Source of the DNA: Proteromonas lacertae
Lineage: Eukaryota
DNA: 64,000 nt
Direction: 5' to 3'
Assembly (NCBI GenBank): GCA_002245135.1
Contig: NGBS01000890.1
Coordinates: 62,001 to 126,000 of the forward strand
Part shown: positions 55,950 to 64,000 of the stretch, piece after piece
Numbering within the stretch: position 1 is the stretch's first letter
Layout: every line of letters starts with the position of its first letter
Made by a program: the position numbers and the translations under genes
Notes under the pieces: generated by a model
Seen by the model: the letters and a program-made list of their open reading frames with translations, nothing else
Database searches by the model: none
What the model was told of the DNA's origin: nothing

Positions 55950-56400
55950 CATAACTAATAGCTAAATTTAGACATTTTTCACTATTAGTTACGTATGCTT
56001 TGTGAATAGTTGAATTTTAAATAACACATTCATCAACTCTTACAATAATCTCAGATACTTCATTTCCCCTATATACTAATTTACAATAGATTTTTAATCA
56101 ACGTCATTATTATATATATCTTCACCTCTTGGTTAGAAGTAACAAGTTTCTTAAGAATTCTTCATCATATACTCTGTTTTATACAAAATTTCAATAGAAT
56201 GGTTATATCCATTTATTTAATCTGTCTGATAATTCTTTTTGCCATTCCAGAAAATTCTCATACATTTACCACCTCCACCAGCTGAAGTTTATTTAAATTC
56301 GGATTTACAATATCATTATATTTATTATAGCATATGCAATATACATAGTTCTACTCTAAAATAGTATTATTATCACTATTACACCATCTTGAATTGAAAT
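55950..56400 (-). pseudogene. Decayed biotin carboxylase (acyl-CoA carboxylase alpha-like) relic
   Basis: Minus strand reads KTSAGGGGKCMRIFWN (about 56243-56290) and IVRVDECVI*NSTI (about 56005-56046), matching KASAGGGGKGMRI and VRVDSG, with stops and deletions. Confidence 0.5.
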
Positions 56401-56470
56401 AAATCACCTTTTAATTATTGGGTTATTCAAAATTTTGGTAAAAATTGAATTTTGCTATATTTTGATTGAG

Positions 56471-58589
56471 ATGAAAACAAAAGCGAATAATGAAATTCGA
56501 GAAAGAGGGTATTTTAGTATGTTATGTTATGAATAGATTATGTCGAGTTTTGGCAGAGAATGGATTTGGTGATATAGAAGTGAAGATAGGAGATAGTCGA
56601 ATAATGTCAATCAAATCAATTTTAGTGAATGGAAATGAAATTCTGAAGAAACTAATAGAAGATCCAAAATTTGTAGGTGTGTTAGAATTATTTGAAGAAT
56701 GTGATGAAATTGGTTTTTATGAGATGGAGAAGTACTACAGCGGGTGTAAGTTGATTGTAAATGAAGTTAATGCATGTGAATTGTTGATGTTTAGTTTATG
56801 TTACAAAGAAGAAGAGATTGTGAATGATTGTATTGATTATATCCAGGACAATATGGATGATGATGATATATTATTTAAAGTAATTCATGTATGTAATGTG
56901 TTTCCTGGATGTTTGAAAGAGATCGAAAAATTGAAGATGATGGAATTTGAGAAACGAAGAAATAAATATTTATATAATGGTATATATAATATATCTATGA
57001 TAAAGCTAAATAGATGAATTTTTTATGAAGTTAGAAGCGAATAATTTGAATTATTTATTATCATTTAATAATATAATAATTCGAAGTCAGACATGGTTAT
57101 TAAATCGATTATTAGAATGGTATAAAAACAAAAAGAATAACAATAACAATAATGAAGATTTAAAAAGTGATGTTAAATGTTTGATAGAAGAACATATTGA
57201 TGGAGAAAAGATAAATGACGATGAAACAACAGATGTTAATAAAGAAGTGTTGAAAGAAATGACTATAACATTAAAGAAAAAGAAAAGTAACAATTACATT
57301 GATTTATATAAGATTAAAGATGAAAGAATTAAGAATATAATAATCAATAAATATTATGATAATCTAACAGATTTCACCATAGAAGAGGAAGAAATATTAC
57401 ATAATATGAAAGAAAAAGCTTTAAATATTCAATTTTCTGAAATAGATGATATAATAATAATCGAAATAGTATTAATGATAATAAAATATAAAAAGCAAAA
57501 GATAGAGAGTATGAATACTTGTAATAATCTTAAATAGAATATATATCCAATGTTGAAAAGAGAAATATTATAAGCAAATTATGTATAGAATATAATGAAA
57601 ATCAAAGAAATCGAACAATAAAATGTTTATGCTTATTTGTTAATGATAAAAAGATTATCTCAATAATGGAAGATCATTGTGGAAAAGAAATTATTTTCCA
57701 CATGTTAAATGAAAAATTTTATTTATCTTCCAAATCCAAAAAATTATTAATCGAATATCTTACAGATAATAATATGAATTTAATAGAAGAAGAAGAAATG
57801 AATTATATAATACTAAACAAAAAAATATATAATAATTTAAAAACAAAAGAAATCACCTCATTTTCATATCCTAAATCAAAATATTCACTTATGAATGAAG
57901 AGATTTCAATAAAGCCATATTGTGATGGAGATAAATGTGAGTTTACAATAAATCCTTCATTGCCAGAAGGTTTAATAATAGATAAAGAAAGTGGAATAAT
58001 TCATGGAAAAGTAAATGATAAAAAATCTATTCAAAAATATGAAATAACCTGTAAGAATATTCGAGGTGAAAAGAAATTTGAAATAGCATTAGAATTTAAT
58101 GAAATAATGTTTTTAAAAATAGAACAAAATTTAGCTATATCAATATCAAATGAAGGGAAGTTAATGACATGTAATACACAAAATGATTTTAGATATTGTT
58201 ATTTAAATATAATGATAATGAATGGAATTTATCATATTAAATACCAATATCATCAAAATGGAAATAAAAAAGGTTATATAATTTTAGGCATATCAACTTA
58301 CTATAGAACAAAATGCGAATATGAAGCAGATAATAATTATGGAAGTTATCCTCTTCCTGCAAGATGTAAATTTGGAAGAGTTGTTACTGAAAATCCACAT
58401 TTCAATCATGCAGATGGTTCAATATATGAGATGATTCTTGATATGAATAAAGGGGAATGGTGGATGAGTCATAATAACACTTCCCCTGTTTTACTTGTTG
58501 AAGATTTATCATGTCCACTATATACTTATGCTGGATTACTGTATGAAAATACTTCATTAGAATTATTATCAGTTTACCGACAAGATTAA
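56471..58589 (+). CDS. BTB/BACK + putative Ig-like repeat + SPRY-like protein, paralog 2
   Basis: First intron at the same position as paralog 1; GDIEVKIGD, LPEGLIIDKESGIIHG, YEMILDMNKGEWW. Confidence 0.75.
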
Positions 58590-58760
58590 AAATATTATAT
58601 CTTAATTCTTTTGTCTATTAACATGAAAAAATCTGTTAAGAGTAGTTATTATTATTTGTTGTTTGATGAATAAAATAAAAAAAATAGTTTGAATTACTAT
58701 TTTCAAGGCTTGTTTCATGAAAAATATATTATTTGAAATAGAAGGTTAATAATATTTATA

Positions 58761-61562
58761 TTAATAAGAATCAGTATAATTTCCATCATAATTTAGCGTA
58801 GCTTCTTCTAATAATCTAATCAACTCATTCTTTGCTCTTTGACATGCATATTTTGTATCACCTTGAATTAATAAGTGAAAAAAAGAGAAGAATTAAGAAA
58901 TCTGTTTTTACATATACAATAACACTTAAAAAAAGATATATATAATTTCTTTTCTCCAACTGCTGGTTTTCTATTTGGAGGAATATACGTTCCTTTACTT
59001 ACAACACCACAACCAGTTAAATCCATAATTCTCTGTCTTGTATCAGTTTGAATAGCTTTAAACCTAGCAGATTGTGGATAATCATTGATAATCAATTCTT
59101 CTTCATAAAACTTTTTCTGTTTAACACCACTAACATCAGTAATTCTACTTTGTATATCCTTTAAACATTTCATTGCATTCTCTATTATTTCATTATTCAT
59201 ACCACTATTCTTAGCACAATTTAATAGTGTGTTATAAACAGCTTGAAAATCTTCATGAACATTTGACAATGCTATTTTCTCAGCTTTGTTTTCTTTCTCT
59301 CTTTCCTTTTCTCTTTGTTCTTCAGCCAATTCAACTTCTATTTCTGTTGTTGCTTTACCACCAGCTGCTATTTTAGCATCTTCAAAATCTGAATCTTCTT
59401 CATCTAAATTAGCCACTTTATCTCTTAATGCATCTTCTTCTACTCTCTTTAATTCTTCTTCATATTCTTCATTCTCTTGATCTTCATCTTCTGCTTCTAT
59501 ACCAGCTTCACTTTCATATTGTTGTTTTAATATCTTTTTCCTTTGTTGAACTTTCTTCATTTCATCTTCATCAAATTTATAACCTTTTGTACTATAACCA
59601 CTTATTCTTGATTTCGCTTTACCTGCTAATAATTTTGCTTTAAATGCATTTACCATCTTTTCTAATGCATCTGGCACTTTTTTACCTGATTTCTTTAATG
59701 CTTTGGCTATATCATGAGCATACATTTCTTCTTCTGGAGTAATAAATGTATAAGCAATTCCTTTACTACCAGCTCGACCAGTTCTACCAACTTGATGAAT
59801 ATATGCTTCAAGATGGTTTGGACAATCATAGTTAATCACTAAATTAAGATCTTTTATATCCAAACCTCTTCCTGTTACAGAAGTTGCTACTAATATTGTT
59901 CTTATTTTGTTCTTAAAATCAGCTATTGTTTGATCTCTATCTGATTGATCTTTACCACCATGTAATGATAAACCATAATATCCTGCTTTCATTAGATTTG
60001 CATATATCTATTAATAATATATAATAATAATAATAATAATAATTTAATACTGTATCACATTTATCTTGAGTATCACAAAATATCAATATTATTCCTTTTG
60101 TATAATTTTCACCTAATATTTGTAATAATCTATTCCATTTATCATTCTTTTCCCTAATCTCAATTATCTGTTCAACTTCTGGAGCTACAGCTGTTCTTCC
60201 ACCAATAATAATCTCAATTGGTTTCTTCAATATTCTCTTTGCTAATTTCTCTACTTTATCAGGAAATGTTGATGAAAACATAACAACTTGTTTATCTTTT
60301 CGAATATTAAGTAATATTTGTTGAATTTGAGGTTCAAATCCCAAATCAAACATTCTATCAGCTTCATCTAACACTACATAAGACACTCGATGTAAACGTA
60401 CTAATTTTGAATTATTCATACATAACATATCAATCATTCTACCCGGCGTACAAACTACAATTTCACTACCTCTCTTTATATTACTAATTTGTTCATCTAG
60501 AGAAGCATCACCATAAACAGCTGTTACATTTATACCTAAAACTTTACTAAATTTCTTTGTTTCATTATATATTTGTATAACTAATTCTCTAGTTGGAGCA
60601 ACAATAATTGAAATTGGTCCATCACCAGGTTGTAATGCTGGTTGATTTAATATATGTCTAAACATTGGTAATAAATATGCTAATGTTTTACCTGAACCAG
60701 TCTTACCTATACCTATCAAATCTCTTCCACTCATTATTACTGGAATTGATTGTTGTTGAATTGGAAATGGTTTGGAATAATTGTATTTTTTTATTACATT
60801 TAAGATAGAATCAATAAAACCACATTGCTCCCATTCGGTTATTGGAGCAGGACAATCACTTCCTCTTATCTTTATATTCTCTTTACTTCTTATTTGTTGA
60901 ATTTCATTTTTAGTCATATTCTGTACAGATCTTGTTGGTATGTATAAATTCTTTCTTATTGGAATATAATCTATTTTGGATTGATCTATTCTTTTGATTT
61001 CTTTTTTCTTCATTTTTTCCTTTAGTAACTCAAACGTAGATTCTTCTTCTTCTTCAAATATTTCTTCAACATATTCATCAGTTTCTAAATCATTGTTTTT
61101 ATCATCTCCATACAATATTTCTTTACATTTCTTTACATTTTCTTCCTTCTGTTTAGCTAAAGCTTCTTTAAACTTCTCATAATATTCATCTTCATCTAAT
61201 TCTTCATTTTTATCATCATTATGGGTTATTGTTGGTTCATTTTGTTGAGTTGATAAAATAGCTCTCTCTGCTTCTTTATTTATTTCAGCCATATAAACAT
61301 CTAATGGATCTATCTCATTTTCTTCCTTCATTACTTGATCTCTTGCTGTTTCATCTCTAGAAAGTTCAGGTAAAAGCACTATTGATTTAGATAATGAAAT
61401 ATTTACTCTTTCTTCATTCACATAGCATGCTTTGTTAATCTGCCCTTTATTTTCACATAAATTTGAATTATTTAGTGATCTTGTGTTATTATCTGCTAAA
61501 ATCTATTCATAGAAAACCCGGATATATTATACTTTTACTTCATTCCTTTTGTTAGACAACAT
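58761..61562 (-). CDS. DDX46: DEAD-box RNA helicase DDX46/Prp5
   Basis: EIDPLDVYM, GKTGSGKT, PTREL, TPGRMID, VLDEADRMFDLGFEPQ, HGGKDQSDR, GRTGRAG, and C-terminal INDYPQSARF...GEKKLYLLIQG after removing an AT-AC intron. Confidence 0.92.
58875..58939 (-). other. U12-type AT-AC intron (65 nt) in DDX46
   Basis: Minus strand: TAT|ATATCTTTTTTTAAG...TTTCTTAAT...TTTTCAC|TTA TTA ATT CAA GGT. Removal restores KLYLLIQG and an open frame to the stop at 58761. Confidence 0.9.
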
Positions 61563-61885
61563 ATTTCTTGATTGATTTTTTCTGTGAAAATAATTTTTCA
61601 TTAACCCATTTTCTATTTCTTTCGTTTTGAGTTGTTTATATAAACAAAAATAATGAAAATCAGTATAAATGATTGAATAAGTGGTACAACTGGTATATGA
61701 GTTTCATTCCGAGGATAATATATATAAGTAGCTAATGTTGGAATGATAGTATTATCAAAAGAATTCTTAAATATATAATAAAAAATTATGATTCTATTAT
61801 TATTTTTGATATTATTGATGTATTTTTTAAATTAAATAATTTTTATTCGTTTCAAATATTTGTGTTTCATTATTTCATTTTAAAA

Positions 61886-63183
61886 ATGCTGGACGATATA
61901 GCCAAAAAATTTCATCTTGATATAACTTGGTACTATATTATATTCATTTATTGCATAATGGTGATATACGGAATGTGTGATAACGCAAAATCAGTAGTAT
62001 TTCCTCTAATTAAACTAGACCTGAATTTAGATGATGATACACAAGGGTATTTGGTTGGAACATCATTATATGGATATAGTGTAGCTTGTGTATTAGGTAC
62101 ATTGATAATGCCTTTCACAGGGATAAAGAAGTCTTTTCAGTTGGCATTTTTCATAGTAATTTTAGGATTTTATGCAACTATATTAGCTCCATCATATTCT
62201 TATTTATTTCCAGCATTATTCACAATCTGGATGGGTTTTGGTATGATTGATATATCGCTGCATTCTCTTGGATCAGCTATATTTACCACAGATACTTCCA
62301 TCAAATACACAATCATGCATTTCTTTTTTGGATTTGGTGCAATTGTTGGACCTTTTGTAGTAGGTGGAATGAAAAACTATATGAATGAATCTTATAGAAG
62401 TGTTTATTACTTTTTACTCTTCTTAGTTTTATTCTTATTTGGTTTTGCTTCATTTTCTAGCTTTGAAATAACTGAAGTTGAAAATAGTGAATCAGTTATG
62501 AATATAAAAACATCAATAAAAGATCCAATGGTTTGGTATATTGGCTTTATATTAGGCTTAATGGAAATATGTGAATTAGGAATAGCTAATTGGAGTGGAT
62601 TATATTTCCATGATGTATTTGGAATGGATGTAACAAAGGAAGGAGCTTGGTTTTCATCTGCTTATTATTTTACATTTACATTAGGAAGATTATTCTTGGG
62701 ATATTTTGTTGAAAAAATAGGATATATGAGATCATTGTATATATGTTGTTTAAGTATAATTGTTATAATGATAATATCATTTTTTATTGGTAAAAATGGT
62801 ATTTATTTATTGTTATTTGTTGGATTACCAGTTGGACTAAATTGGCCAATTACTATGTCAATAGGAGTGAAAATATGGAAAGAAAAAGCACCAATCAATT
62901 CTTGTTTTATTATATTCTTACAATCTACAATAAATTCATTATGCCAACTTGTTATTGGAAATTTAAATAAATATATTGGACCTGGATGGGGATTTAGAAG
63001 TATTGTTGTTTATGTGTTTATTACATTCATTTGTTTGGTCATTTTAAATAGATTTATTGGTAAGACATTAGATGAAGCTCATGAAGAAGAAATTAAGATG
63101 AAAAAGAGAATAAAGATAAGGAGAAAAGAAAAGAGAATGAAGTTAATAACATTAACCAATCACTTATAACTGGAGAAATTTAA
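61886..63183 (+). CDS. Major facilitator superfamily transporter (FucP/TsgA-like)
   Basis: About 12 hydrophobic helices; MHFFFGFGAIVGP, ELGIANW, FTLGRLFLGYFVEKIG. Intronless; the tail is probably frameshifted (stop at 63169 or 63183). Confidence 0.85.
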
Positions 63184-63260
63184 GTTAAGGTATTTATGAT
63201 ATATATTTTGTTGTTTTGAATATTATTAAACTCAGTTAAAAGAAATAATTACAGCAACAA

Positions 63261-64000
63261 TTAAATTATACTGATTTTACTATTCTTTACTAACTCATCC
63301 AACTCTTTTCTAATCTTCATCAAACTATTAAAATATCTTTCATATCGAGGAACTAATAGATTTATATCACTTGATATTTTAGATATTGCTGGATAAGAAG
63401 CTGTAATATACTCTGCCTGTTTGAATGCTTGAAGAGTTGATTCTGGATGTGAAAGAATAATAGCGGAGGATAAGAAAAAGTTACAAAATGTCTCTTGATA
63501 TTCTGGTTGAATAGATATAAAACCTTTTGAATAACTATTATAATTTACTAAATAAATAACAAATACTCTTTTTGAAGTTTTTCAGCTATTTTATCACTTT
63601 TAGATACTGTATCTCTGATCTATTTAGTTGTAAAAACAGAATTATGTGAATACAATTCGATTAATGTATGTAATACTGCCTATTTGCTGTGATAAAGATT
63701 TTTCTGATATTATATCTTTATATTGTTCTTCAAATTTTTGCTTTTCTAATTTTCTTGTCAACTAAGAGATTAAATTACAAATATACTTCGTAGTATGTTG
63801 TAAAAGCCTTATCTAACTCTTTTAATACTTCAATATATGTCGGAATAGGAATTTTTATATCATTTACTTCCTATACTGATAAACATATGAAAATACTTCT
63901 TCAATATTGTATTTCTGATTTAAATACTCTAAACCATTAAATGATTTTTTTCTGTCATCATCCCAAACGTTCTCACTCTCTTCCATTTCGAAAATAAATT
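63261..64000 (-). CDS. 3' end of a hypothetical protein running off the window
   Basis: Open minus-strand frame ending LLVPRYERYFNSLMKIRKELDELVKNSKISII-stop, with an intron near 63536-63566. Confidence 0.55.

Noticed and set aside
1..64000. Reassigned stop codons or poly(A)-created stops
   Set aside because: In-frame stops are explained by introns or single indels, and the reconstructed complete genes end in genomic TAA, TAG or TGA.
1..64000. CRISPR arrays, tRNA/rRNA genes, prokaryotic operons or defence systems
   Set aside because: No spaced direct repeats or tRNA/rRNA signatures were seen, and the sequence is intron-containing eukaryotic DNA.

Overview
This is a very AT-rich, gene-dense eukaryotic nuclear window with many short spliceosomal introns (mostly about 24-80 nt, GTAT...TAG), not a prokaryotic sequence. 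The gene content (a Sig/Ocm-type mastigoneme-like EGF protein, flagellar DRC3, PPDK, leishmanolysins, BTB-Ig-SPRY proteins) suggests an anaerobic, probably flagellated stramenopile of the Blastocystis/Proteromonas type; that assignment is inference. About 27 protein genes can be reconstructed, several missing or fragmented in the ORF track, plus a pogo transposase relic, a biotin-carboxylase relic and a ~470 bp partial gene duplication. The main observations are: (1) a U12-type AT-AC intron in the splicing helicase DDX46/Prp5 and a second AT-starting intron in a Kelch-SAM-RING gene; (2) an orientation-independent A(T/G)(T/C)CGTT motif just upstream of most start codons, often single in tiny bidirectional promoters; (3) a run of apparent pseudoenzymes between 15.6 and 36 kb (kinase, Na/K-type ATPase, DHHC-like protein, two zinc proteases). 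Many single-base frameshifts sit in homopolymers and look like assembly errors. All exon joins and family calls were made by eye, without database searches.
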